Positions 27,671-36,395 of a stretch of 52,801 bases of DNA are shown here, piece after piece. The stretch's first letter is position 1. The number at the start of each line of letters is the position of its first letter. Position numbers and translations under genes: made by a program. The notes below the pieces were generated by a model, which saw nothing but the letters and a program-made list of their open reading frames with translations, was not told where the DNA came from and searched no databases. Origin of the DNA: Candidatus Nitrosomaritimum aestuariumsis. Its GTDB lineage: Archaea > Thermoproteota > Nitrososphaeria > Nitrososphaerales > Nitrosopumilaceae. The stretch is from positions 1 through 52,801 of the forward strand of contig JACEMX010000136.1 in assembly GCA_013867335.1 (NCBI GenBank), given 5' to 3'.

Positions 27671-28111
27671 GTGAAGAAGGAAATGATAAGGAAAAAAATT
27701 AAAAAAATTCTTGTCCCCTTGGATGGTTCCAAAAATTCCCTTCGAGGACTAGATGAAGCAATTTATCTTGCCAGGCAATGTCAGGCAACAATTACAGGTT
27801 TGTATGTCATACCAATTTATCCCAGAAATCTAGCTGATGCAATTATGCCGTTTCAAATTCATCTTAGTAAAGAGGCTAAAAAATTCATGGAAGAAGCAAA
27901 AACAAAAAGTGCTACGAAGGGAATTGTTTTCAAGTCCAAGATCATATTTGGAAGCCCAACTGTAGAAATTGAAGAATTGTCACGAAAAGGAAAATTCGAT
28001 ATTATTGTAATTGGATCTAGAGGACAGAGTGGATTAAAAGAGGCCTTTTTGGGAAGTGTTGCAAATGCAATTGTTCATAAGTCCAAAATACCGGTGTTAG
28101 TTGTAAAGTAG
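27671..28111 (+). CDS. Universal stress protein (UspA family), paralog A
   Basis: ILVPLDGS and GSRGQSGLKEAFLGSVANAIVHKSKIPVLVVK. The 5' end carries one arm of the 117-bp inverted repeat. Confidence 0.85.
   Translation: MKKEMIRKKIKKILVPLDGSKNSLRGLDEAIYLARQCQATITGLYVIPIYPRNLADAIMPFQIHLSKEAKKFMEEAKTKSATKGIVFKSKIIFGSPTVEIEELSRKGKFDIIVIGSRGQSGLKEAFLGSVANAIVHKSKIPVLVVK
27691..27807 (+). repeat. Arm 1 of a perfect 117-bp inverted repeat
   Basis: Checked base by base against the reverse complement of 29646-29762, with 117/117 identity. Confidence 0.95.
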
Positions 28112-28118
28112 TGATAAT

Positions 28119-28586
28119 ATGTTTTCCAAAATGTTAACCAAAATTTTAGTTCCATATGATGGATCCAAATATTCCGTAAAAGCCCTTACAAGGGCAACAG
28201 AGCTAGCTCATAATTTAGATTCAGAAATAATTCTTTTTTCAGTTGTAAATGTGGGATATATTTCACCCCCAGGATTACTTGGCATAATCAAATCAAAAAA
28301 AGAAAAGAATGCAATAAAGAAATGGTCAAAGTCAGTTAAAACAGATACCGAAAAAATGTTAAAAATTGCATTGAAAAAATGTGAATCAAAGGGAATTACT
28401 GCATCATATGTTATTTCTGAAGGGGAAATTTCTAGTAAAATTCTAGATTTTGCATCAAAGAAAAAAATTTCATTAATAGTAATTGGAAGTCATGGACTTC
28501 ATGGAATTGGAAAATTAAAAACCCTTGGAAGTGTCAGTAGAAGAGTTTCTGAGAATGCAAAGTGTCCAGTATTGATTGTAAGATAA
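28119..28586 (+). CDS. Universal stress protein (UspA family)
   Basis: ILVPYDGS and GSHGLHGIGKLKTLGSVSRRVSENAKCPVLIVR. 7 nt after the previous USP gene. Confidence 0.85.
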   Translation: MFSKMLTKILVPYDGSKYSVKALTRATELAHNLDSEIILFSVVNVGYISPPGLLGIIKSKKEKNAIKKWSKSVKTDTEKMLKIALKKCESKGITASYVISEGEISSKILDFASKKKISLIVIGSHGLHGIGKLKTLGSVSRRVSENAKCPVLIVR

Positions 28587-28588
28587 AG

Positions 28589-28819
28589 TCAGGATAATTC
28601 CCCTAAAAAGTGAACAGTATCTTGATCAACAATGACTGTTCTGTCTTTTGGGACACGGAATAATTTTTTTGAACCAGATACAGATTGAATTATTATCTTA
28701 GAATATGGATCTTTGGTAGCTTTATACAGAATTCCTTTATCGCCGATTGATTGTGACCACTGAGTTCCCTGAACAAAGGAAATTGTTAGAAATTTTATTA
28801 CTTGATATGAATAAACCAA
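28589..28819 (-). CDS. Hypothetical small protein, last gene of the USP-CBS minus-strand operon
   Basis: 76-aa ORF 10 nt downstream of the CBS gene. No motif recognised. Confidence 0.3.
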   Translation of the reverse strand: MVYSYQVIKFLTISFVQGTQWSQSIGDKGILYKATKDPYSKIIIQSVSGSKKLFRVPKDRTVIVDQDTVHFLGELS

Positions 28820-28829
28820 TTTTCTTTAA

Positions 28830-29267
28830 TTACTCCTTTTGCATTCTTGTTAGTATTTCATCACAAATTCTTCTCATTTCAGAATCTGATCCAACACTGC
28901 AAATTTGTACTAGATCAGAGGTTGTTATTATTCCAGTAATTTTATTTTCTTTTATTACTGGTAATTTGTGAATATTGTTTACTTTCATTTCTTCTGCTGC
29001 TTCCCAAACAGTTTCATCAGGATCAATTGAAATTAGTGGGGAGGACATTACATCTTTGAGAGGAGATGTCAATGGTTTTTCTTTAGATGCGATTCTTTTT
29101 ACAAAATCTCTTTCTGTAAGAATTCCTACAGGTTGATTATTTTCGGTTACAATAACACAGCCTATGTTCTTTTCATCCATTAATTTTGCTGCATCTTTTA
29201 TCATTGAAGAAGAGTCTAATGTGGCAATATTGCTAATCATAACATCCTTGACAAAGGTGTGAGCCAT
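28830..29267 (-). CDS. Stand-alone CBS-pair (Bateman) protein
   Basis: Two CBS repeats (IGCVIVTENNQPVGILTERDF, IHKLPVIKENKITGIITTSDL). Confidence 0.8.
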   Translation of the reverse strand: MAHTFVKDVMISNIATLDSSSMIKDAAKLMDEKNIGCVIVTENNQPVGILTERDFVKRIASKEKPLTSPLKDVMSSPLISIDPDETVWEAAEEMKVNNIHKLPVIKENKITGIITTSDLVQICSVGSDSEMRRICDEILTRMQKE

Positions 29268-29341
29268 GGTTTGGTCGGGAATTATATTCTAATAAAGAAG
29301 ATCCCCATTTTCATCTTACGAAATTTGTTTGGTAAGTGTAG

Positions 29342-29782
29342 TTATTTCACAATTAATACCGGAATTTTAGATTTATGGAGTACGTAGTTAGAGGTGCTTC
29401 CAAGGAAAGCCTCTTTGAGGGAGCTCATTCCTCTAGAACCCAGTATTATAATATCATAAGATTTACTGGCTGCAAAATTAATGATTTTTGGACCCTCATC
29501 GCCATATACTACTTTATCATCAAAGAGAATTCCGTTTTGTGCTGAGCGTTTTTTTGCTTTGGACATAAATTTTGCTGCGTGGTTGAGAAGATATTTTTCG
29601 ACATATGAAATTTGAGAACTAGTTTTGGGTTTGGCCATGGGAACCACATACAAACCTGTAATTGTTGCCTGACATTGCCTGGCAAGATAAATTGCTTCAT
29701 CTAGTCCTCGAAGGGAATTTTTGGAACCATCCAAGGGGACAAGAATTTTTTTAATTTTTTTCATATTGGAGTGATGTTTCAA
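29342..29782 (-). CDS. Universal stress protein (UspA family), paralog B
   Basis: ILVPLDGS and GSRGMSSLKEAFLGSTSNYVLHKSKIPVLIVK. The 5' end carries the second arm of the 117-bp inverted repeat. Confidence 0.85.
   Translation of the reverse strand: MKHHSNMKKIKKILVPLDGSKNSLRGLDEAIYLARQCQATITGLYVVPMAKPKTSSQISYVEKYLLNHAAKFMSKAKKRSAQNGILFDDKVVYGDEGPKIINFAASKSYDIIILGSRGMSSLKEAFLGSTSNYVLHKSKIPVLIVK
29646..29762 (-). repeat. Arm 2 of the perfect 117-bp inverted repeat
   Basis: The reverse complement is identical to 27691-27807. Confidence 0.95.
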
Positions 29783-29903
29783 GAGAATTTAAGAAGTTTT
29801 AGGGATATCAGAGATAAGAATTTGGGTTATATTCTAGGAATTGATTTTCACTAATGAGATTAGGGAAATCTCTATAATATGTGAAGATGCAAATCAATTC
29901 AGT

Positions 29904-30368
29904 ATGGAACAAGATGCTAGATCAATAACTGTTAAGGATATTATGACTAAATCTGTAATTTCGGTAGATGCTGAAATTACTGTAAATGAAGCAGCAAAAA
30001 TGATGGAGGATGCGAAAGTTGGCGCAGTGATTGTTATGGAAAACAATACTCCAGTTGGTATAGTTACAGATAGGGACTTTGCAGTCAAAATTGTTGCTCA
30101 TGCCTATCAGATTACAACTCCGGTAAAACAAATCATGTCATCTCCACTTATTGCAACCAGTCCAGATGAAACAGTTTTGATGGCAGCAGATTTAATGTAC
30201 TCCAGAGATATTCGAAAATTACCAGTTATTGATAATGATAGTGTAGTGGGAATTATTACGGCTACGGATCTTGTAAATCAGCTTGCAGTATCAACTGAAG
30301 AAGATATACAAAAAATGTATCATGAGTCTGTAATCAAAGTCTACAAACAATATAGTCCCTATAACTAA
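29904..30368 (+). CDS. Stand-alone CBS-pair protein
   Basis: Two CBS repeats (VGAVIVMENNTPVGIVTDRDF, IRKLPVIDNDSVVGIITATDL). The track ORF opens at TTG 29841 and the first ATG is at 29904. Confidence 0.8.
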   Translation: MEQDARSITVKDIMTKSVISVDAEITVNEAAKMMEDAKVGAVIVMENNTPVGIVTDRDFAVKIVAHAYQITTPVKQIMSSPLIATSPDETVLMAADLMYSRDIRKLPVIDNDSVVGIITATDLVNQLAVSTEEDIQKMYHESVIKVYKQYSPYN

Positions 30369-30749
30369 TCAACTGTTTACTATCGCTGACATTACAGATT
30401 TGCCAGCAATGAGAGCACCGATAGACAATCCTATGTTTGCTAAAACATTCACTGCCAAAGCCCCATAATGTTGGTTATCCAAGAGATTACTTGAATCAAG
30501 TGCAAAAGAAGACATTGTAGTTAATGAACCACAAAATCCTACAGCAGCTAGCAAGGAATACCTTCCATCCAAATTATACTGTTCAGATAAAATTACAAAA
30601 ATTCCTAAAATAAAAGCGCCAATTACGTTAACAATCAAAACGTTAAGAGGTAAAGTGTTGAAAATTAATGGTGATTCGGTAATTTTGTATCTTAGAAAAG
30701 CTCCAAAAACAGACCCTGCTGCCAAAAAAACAAACTCTAGACCTTTCAT
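30369..30749 (-). CDS. crcB: Fluoride ion channel CrcB/Fluc
   Basis: Four TM helices with GAFLRY and GFCGSLTTMSSF motifs. Confidence 0.85.
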   Translation of the reverse strand: MKGLEFVFLAAGSVFGAFLRYKITESPLIFNTLPLNVLIVNVIGAFILGIFVILSEQYNLDGRYSLLAAVGFCGSLTTMSSFALDSSNLLDNQHYGALAVNVLANIGLSIGALIAGKSVMSAIVNS

Positions 30750-30858
30750 TTCCTATCTGAGAATTTAGTTTTATTTAGGATTAACATAGATAGAGAAAAT
30801 TTAGGAGTAACGAAAGACGTACCTAGGATTTTTATATGCTCAGTATTTTCTCACGCTG

Positions 30859-31050
30859 ATGACCCTTAAGCTTCGTTGTGACGAATATGGTTTTGAGTGT
30901 GATTTCTCTCTAGAAGGGGAAAAAAGCCTCGAACTACTTGAGAAATTAAGAGTGCATTTTGAAGAAGAACATGGAATTGAATACCCAATTGATGCGGTAA
31001 TTCAAATGATTGTTAATCGTGGGCATTCTCTTGATTCAATTAAGAAATAG
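30859..31050 (+). CDS. DUF1059-type small metal-binding protein
   Basis: N-terminal LRCDEYGFECDFSLEGE and ...HFEEEHG match the DUF1059 pattern. Confidence 0.65.
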   Translation: MTLKLRCDEYGFECDFSLEGEKSLELLEKLRVHFEEEHGIEYPIDAVIQMIVNRGHSLDSIKK

Positions 31051-31071
31051 TTTTTTCAAAAAATATTTTTT
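31051..31071 (+). terminator. Oligo-T terminator (T6 ... T6)
   Basis: TTTTTT immediately follows the TAG stop, with a second T6 at 31066-31071. Confidence 0.45.
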
Positions 31072-31198
31072 GTTTTATTTTTAACATTTAATACAATGTA
31101 GAATGTATCTCAACTAAGTTTTATTTTTTGAAAAATTTCAAGGAATTTTTAGTAACTCAAAACTATTTTCATTTTCAAAATTACCGGTTTCAATTTCC

Positions 31199-31204
31199 TT
31201 TTAT
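31199..31204 (+). promoter_or_regulatory. TATA-like box for the TFB gene
   Basis: TTTTAT lies 27 nt before the GTG at 31231. Confidence 0.25.
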
Positions 31205-31230
31205 CTGATGGATGCACATAAGAGATAGTA

Positions 31231-32151
31231 GTGGTAGCGTATTATTCTAGTGATTATGATGTCAAGTGTCAACTTGATACTTGCAAAACCTACCCTGTAA
31301 TTACTGATTCTGATAGAGGAGAAGTTTTTTGTGGGGGTTGCGGGCTTGTCTTAGTGCAAAACTTAGACGACACAACAAATGAAAATCGAAGTTACAGTGC
31401 AGAAGATTTTATGAAAAATGCAAGAACGGGTCCTGGAGGATCCTTGACAATGTTTGATAAGGGATTATCTACCGTAATAGGCTCAGATAAGGATTCATCT
31501 GGAAAGAGTTTGTCAAGTAAAACCAAATACGAATTTAATCGACTTCGTACATGGGATCAAAGAAGTAAATCCAGAAAGACTTCATCATTAAGCAAAGCAT
31601 TCACTCTTTTACATGGAATGAAAACGAAGATTGGAGTTCCTAACAATGTTGTTGAAAATGCCGCCTATATTTACAGAAAAGCAGTAGGTGCAAAACTTAC
31701 TAGAGGCAGAACTATGGCTTCTTTAATTTCTGCATCATTGTATGCTTCATGCAGACAAAACAACATTCCAAGAACATTGGACGATATTGCAGATGCAGGA
31801 AATGTAGAGAGGCGGATTTTATCAAGGGATCTTCGAACCATTATCAAGAAACTAGGATTGAGCCTAAATCAATATGATACTACTTCGTTTATTGCCAAGA
31901 TTTCAAACAATATGAATTTGAGTGAAAAAACAAAAAGAGATGCATTTGAGATTTTAAAAAGATGCGAAGACCACAAGATTACGGCAGGAAAGCATCCTGT
32001 TGCACAGGCAGCTGCATCATTATACATTGCCTCTATTTTGAATGGAGAAAAAATCAGTCAAAAGAAGTTTTCAAATGAATCTGGAGTAAGTGATGTTACG
32101 ATAAGGAATAGAGCCACTCTGATCAAAAAAACTCTCAAGATAGTAGACTAG
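31231..32151 (+). CDS. tfb: Transcription initiation factor IIB (TFB) paralog
   Basis: N-terminal Zn ribbon (CQLDTC...GEVFCGGCGLVL) followed by two cyclin-like repeats (e.g. RGRTMASLISASLYASCRQNNIPRTLDDIA and AGKHPVAQAAASLYIASI). GTG start. Confidence 0.85.
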   Translation: MVAYYSSDYDVKCQLDTCKTYPVITDSDRGEVFCGGCGLVLVQNLDDTTNENRSYSAEDFMKNARTGPGGSLTMFDKGLSTVIGSDKDSSGKSLSSKTKYEFNRLRTWDQRSKSRKTSSLSKAFTLLHGMKTKIGVPNNVVENAAYIYRKAVGAKLTRGRTMASLISASLYASCRQNNIPRTLDDIADAGNVERRILSRDLRTIIKKLGLSLNQYDTTSFIAKISNNMNLSEKTKRDAFEILKRCEDHKITAGKHPVAQAAASLYIASILNGEKISQKKFSNESGVSDVTIRNRATLIKKTLKIVD

Positions 32152-32164
32152 AATTTCAAGGAAA

Positions 32165-32560
32165 TTACAAGTTTGTTGGTGAAGAATAAGGCATAGAAAA
32201 AATTGCCTCTTGGAGTTGTTGTACTAATTGCATTATTACTTTGATTTGTTCCAAAGTAATAGCTTGTAGATTTTCTATTATTTTGTTTAATTCAGTTACT
32301 TGAATTTTTAATTGAAGGTTTTCTTCTTTAAGTTGTGCATTTTCTTTTGTTAGTCTTTGTATTTTTTCAGTATCACTTTCTTCTGGAAATGGTTCCCTGA
32401 TTGGTTCTGGTTCCGGAATAGGTATTGGTTGTGGTTCAGGAGAAGGTTCTGGTATTTTTGGAGGACCTGGCTCTTGAGAATAGGCAGGAATTACTGAAAT
32501 CATTGAAAAGGTGATTATAATCGAAAAATAGATGATTTTTCTATTGGACACGAACATCAT
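32165..32560 (-). CDS. Secreted protein with a PEP-rich repeat and a coiled-coil C-terminal half
   Basis: Signal/anchor segment IYFSIIITFSMISVIPAYS, then EPGPPKIPEPSPEPQPIPIPEPEPIREPFPEE, then a heptad region. Confidence 0.55.
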   Translation of the reverse strand: MMFVSNRKIIYFSIIITFSMISVIPAYSQEPGPPKIPEPSPEPQPIPIPEPEPIREPFPEESDTEKIQRLTKENAQLKEENLQLKIQVTELNKIIENLQAITLEQIKVIMQLVQQLQEAIFSMPYSSPTNL

Positions 32561-32641
32561 CAGAATAATGAATTAATTTTTTGTATATGAACATAATTAC
32601 TATTTTCTAAGTATGATAATGGGAATAAATTTTGAGAGTAA

Positions 32642-32860
32642 TCATTTGAAGAAATCAAATTCTTGATCTCTTTTTTGTTTAGGTAAATCCTCCATTACTG
32701 CTTGGACTACTTCATTGTGATTGTATGTAAGATGTCTTAGGAATTTTGCTGATTCAGTACTTCTTGTTGTCTCATCGGCAAGCAGCATTTCTGGACTGCT
32801 CAATTCCTTCATCATTGTATTGCATTCTTGGCATGGTTCAAAGTCAAGATATAATTTCAT
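32642..32860 (-). CDS. Hypothetical small protein downstream of cdc48
   Basis: 72-aa ORF with a CxxC near the N-terminus. No family recognised. Confidence 0.4.
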   Translation of the reverse strand: MKLYLDFEPCQECNTMMKELSSPEMLLADETTRSTESAKFLRHLTYNHNEVVQAVMEDLPKQKRDQEFDFFK

Positions 32861-32889
32861 AAATTAGGTCAACTCCCTTAGTATTTAGA

Positions 32890-35031
32890 CTATTTTATCG
32901 AATGTGTCATGGGAGATTCCACTTTTCTAGGCTTGACTTTGTCAATGGCGTCTAAGAGATCTTGTTGTGTTACTTTGATTCCTTTGATGTTTTCAGATTT
33001 TCCTCCAACGTATCGTTTCAGGGCAGCTATTGCGGCTCGGTTTGCTACGGCTGCAATTTCAGCTCCACTGAATCCTTCTGTGAGCTCTACTAGTTTGGAG
33101 ATACTTACATCTTCGGCTAGCGGTTTCTTTTTTGTATGAATGTTGAATATCTGCTCTCTTCCTTTGCTATCAGGATTTGGTACTTCAATAATTCTGTCAA
33201 ATCTGCCAGGTCTAAGCAAGGCTTCATCAACAATATCAAGTCTATTTGTAGCACCAATTATCAAGACATTGTGAAGTTCCTCAAGTCCATCTATTTCTGT
33301 GAGAATTTGTGAAACAACGTTTTCTGTCACATGAGATTCTGATCCTCCACTTCCTCTTCTTGGTACAAGTGCGTCTACTTCATCGAGGAAAATTATGCAT
33401 GGTGCTGCCTGACGAGCTTTTCTGAAAATTTCCCTTACACCCTTTTCTGATTCACCAACCCACTTTGAAAGCAATTCTGGACCTTTGATGCTGATAAAGT
33501 TAGATTCAGTCATTTTGGCCAGAGCTTTAGCTATTAGGGTTTTTCCAGTTCCTGGTGGACCATGTAGTAAGATTCCTTTTGGAGTTTGTACATCTACATA
33601 ATCAAAGGCCTCTTTGTGCTTGATAGGCCATTCTACTGCTTCACGAAGTTCCTCTTTTAGTCCTTCAAGGCCACCTACATCGTCCCAACTTACGTTAGGA
33701 ACTTGAACCTGAACCTCTCGTAAAGCACTAGGACGAACTTCTTTTAGAGCATCTCTGAAATCTTCACTAGTTATCTGAATTTTTTGGAGAATTTCTGTTG
33801 AGATTTTTTCTTCATCCAAATCAATTTCCGGCAATATTCTTCTGAGAGATATCATGGCCGCTTCTTTTGATAAAACTTCCAAGTCTGCTCCCACAAAACC
33901 ATGTGTTGTTTTTGAAATTTGTTTAAGATCTACTTTTTCATCGATAGGCATTCCACGAGTGTGTATTGAAAGGATTTCAAGTCTTCCCTCATCATCTGGA
34001 ATTCCAATTTCTATTTCTCTATCGAATCTTCCTGGTCTTCTTAATGCGGGATCAATGGAATCTGGTCGGTTAGTTGCTGCTATAACTACAACTTTTCCTC
34101 GACTTTTCATACCATCCATTAACGTCAATAGTTGAGATACTATTCGTTTTTCGACTTCGCCAGATACCTCATCTCTTTTTGGTGCAATGGAATCTATTTC
34201 ATCTATGAAAACTATGCTGGGAGAATTTTCTTCGGCTTGTTTGAAGATTTCTCTTATTCTTTCTTCACTTTCACCATAATATTTTCCCATAATTTCTGGT
34301 CCGCTGAGAGATATGAAATGGGCATTAGTCTCTCCGGCAACAGCCTTAGCCAAAAGAGTCTTTCCTGTCCCTGGGGGGCCATACAATAAAACTCCCTTAG
34401 GTGCTTCGACTCCAATTTTCTCAAATAACTCAGGATGTCTCATAGGCAGTTCTACCATTTCACGTATTTTCTGAACTTCATTTTTTAGACCTCCTAATTC
34501 ATCGTATGTTACTCTAGGAATAGATGAATCAACGGCTTTTGTCATGGGTCCAAGTTTGAAAATAGTTTTGTCTGTAACAATCACTGGTTTTGAGGGCTTT
34601 GTACTTGTAATTACAAATTGAACCTTGCTTCCCATTTGAGTGCTAAGAGAAATTGTATCTCCTGTTGTAAATACATGGTTCAAATAATTATAGATCATAT
34701 ATTCTTGCAATCCTTCTGCTGCAATTTTTTCTGTTGGTGATAAAACAATTTGTTCTGCGTTTATTGCCTCAACGGCTTTTACTGTAATTTTATCTCCAAT
34801 TCCTGCACCAATATTTTGTCTAGTTATACCATCAATTTGGATAATTCCTGCCCCATATTCGTCTGGAGAACCAGGCCAAAGTTTAACGTGTGTTTTTTTG
34901 TTATAGGTTAATTCTAAAATTTGACCAGTGTTCCAATTGTTGTCCTCTATTATTTTTGGATCAACTATTGCTCTTCCTCTTCCTACATGTTGCTGTGGTA
35001 CTTCGCTAATTTTTAAAACAATTTCACTCAT
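32890..35031 (-). CDS. cdc48: CDC48/VCP-type AAA+ ATPase (two AAA domains)
   Basis: N-domain plus two Walker A motifs GPPGTGKTL, two Walker B motifs ([16 protein letters not shown]) and second-region-of-homology motifs. 713 aa. Confidence 0.95.
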   Translation of the reverse strand: MSEIVLKISEVPQQHVGRGRAIVDPKIIEDNNWNTGQILELTYNKKTHVKLWPGSPDEYGAGIIQIDGITRQNIGAGIGDKITVKAVEAINAEQIVLSPTEKIAAEGLQEYMIYNYLNHVFTTGDTISLSTQMGSKVQFVITSTKPSKPVIVTDKTIFKLGPMTKAVDSSIPRVTYDELGGLKNEVQKIREMVELPMRHPELFEKIGVEAPKGVLLYGPPGTGKTLLAKAVAGETNAHFISLSGPEIMGKYYGESEERIREIFKQAEENSPSIVFIDEIDSIAPKRDEVSGEVEKRIVSQLLTLMDGMKSRGKVVVIAATNRPDSIDPALRRPGRFDREIEIGIPDDEGRLEILSIHTRGMPIDEKVDLKQISKTTHGFVGADLEVLSKEAAMISLRRILPEIDLDEEKISTEILQKIQITSEDFRDALKEVRPSALREVQVQVPNVSWDDVGGLEGLKEELREAVEWPIKHKEAFDYVDVQTPKGILLHGPPGTGKTLIAKALAKMTESNFISIKGPELLSKWVGESEKGVREIFRKARQAAPCIIFLDEVDALVPRRGSGGSESHVTENVVSQILTEIDGLEELHNVLIIGATNRLDIVDEALLRPGRFDRIIEVPNPDSKGREQIFNIHTKKKPLAEDVSISKLVELTEGFSGAEIAAVANRAAIAALKRYVGGKSENIKGIKVTQQDLLDAIDKVKPRKVESPMTHSIK

Positions 35032-35058
35032 ATTATCACCATAAAAATTTAGAGGGGT

Positions 35059-35556
35059 TTATTCAACCTCCACCCTTTTGCCTTTTGGTTTTTCATCTTC
35101 AACTAGTTTAAACACTAGTTCAAGAATTCCATTTTTGTAAGAAGCTTTTGCAGAATTTTCATCTACATGAAATTCTATTGGCACATTTACATGGTATTTC
35201 TTATCATTGTGTTCTGCAGAAATATCTACTGATTTTCCTTGTACCAAAATCTTAACATCTGATTTTTCAACTCCTGGCATTTCGGCTACAAGTTTTACAA
35301 CTTTTTCTTTTTCATCAATTATGGAATCTACCATAGGTTCTCTGGTACTGGATGCTGGAGCCAATTCTGGTTTTACATTTCCATACTCCTTTACAACGGG
35401 CTTTCCGTCAGGACCAACAGTCATTGTATAACCGTAATAATATGGACCTGCACTTGGGCCGTTGGTTTTGAATTCTTCAAAAATGTCATCTATTTGGAAA
35501 AAAGAATTTGACATTTTCTTGAAGATTCTATTGAATTCATCATCAAATATTGTCAT
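35059..35556 (-). CDS. hsp20: Small heat-shock protein (Hsp20/alpha-crystallin)
   Basis: Alpha-crystallin pattern: KVVKLVAEMPGVEKSDVKILVQGKSVDISAE...ASYKNGILELVF. Confidence 0.8.
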   Translation of the reverse strand: MTIFDDEFNRIFKKMSNSFFQIDDIFEEFKTNGPSAGPYYYGYTMTVGPDGKPVVKEYGNVKPELAPASSTREPMVDSIIDEKEKVVKLVAEMPGVEKSDVKILVQGKSVDISAEHNDKKYHVNVPIEFHVDENSAKASYKNGILELVFKLVEDEKPKGKRVEVE

Positions 35557-35661
35557 ATTTATCTCACATATGTAATATGTATGACATTATTTAAGGATTA
35601 CTTACATATACATTATTTTTTACAAAATGCTATTATATTTGACATTATATAATATTATTCG

Positions 35662-36330
35662 ATGAGAATCACCAACATGTCTGTTCCTGAAGTTGTCAGA
35701 GAAACAATTACCAGAAATCGTTCTGTTTTTGATTGTCTTAAAATGGATTTGATTAATTATACTGCTCTTGCTTTAAAGATACAGCCTGAGGTTGAACGGG
35801 CTCTTGGAAATTCTATTAATTTGAATACTATCGTGGTTGCAATCAAAAGGTTTGCAGATTCGCTTGAAGTAAAAGAAGAAGTGGAGGAGCAATTATTGTT
35901 GAAAAACGCTAGATTAGCCCTAACTGATGGAATAGTCGATATCAAATTTTCTATGAAGGATTCACAGAATATTGATCCTTTAACAATTTTAGACAAATTT
36001 TCCAAAATTACTACAAATTATGATTTTTTTAGGTCGTCAGATACCTTTAGGTTTCTGGCGGAAGATTTGGATGATATAAGAGAGATTTTTGATACTATTC
36101 CCAATAGAGAAAATATCTTTAGTACTGGTCTGGCTAAAATTAGGATCTCAATTCCACCAAACCAAAACAAATCCGATGTTGTATCTTATGTGGCTGAAGT
36201 CTTGCATGATAATGGAATAGAATTGGCAAACGCCTTTTTCAGTCAAGATAATATTATCTTAATTCTAAATGAGAGAGATTCTTCAAAGGCATATGACGTT
36301 CTTCATTCTGCAATTCTCCGTACTGCTTGA
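35662..36330 (+). CDS. Conserved hypothetical protein
   Basis: 222-aa ORF with protein-like composition. No family assigned. Confidence 0.5.
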   Translation: MRITNMSVPEVVRETITRNRSVFDCLKMDLINYTALALKIQPEVERALGNSINLNTIVVAIKRFADSLEVKEEVEEQLLLKNARLALTDGIVDIKFSMKDSQNIDPLTILDKFSKITTNYDFFRSSDTFRFLAEDLDDIREIFDTIPNRENIFSTGLAKIRISIPPNQNKSDVVSYVAEVLHDNGIELANAFFSQDNIILILNERDSSKAYDVLHSAILRTA

Positions 36331-36395
36331 TACTAGGCATTAGTTGAAAACTGATCTCATAGGATATATTCGTCTGATTTCTAGAAAATATCCAA

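Noticed and set aside
30750-30858. Fluoride riboswitch upstream of crcB
   Set aside because: The region is AT-rich, with no GATGG...CTGATGA-type conserved blocks or stable helices on the crcB strand.
32909-34389. Three ORFs (76, 93 and 85 aa) antisense to cdc48
   Set aside because: They are embedded in a strongly conserved AAA+ gene, with Ser/Phe-rich low-complexity translations and no motifs.
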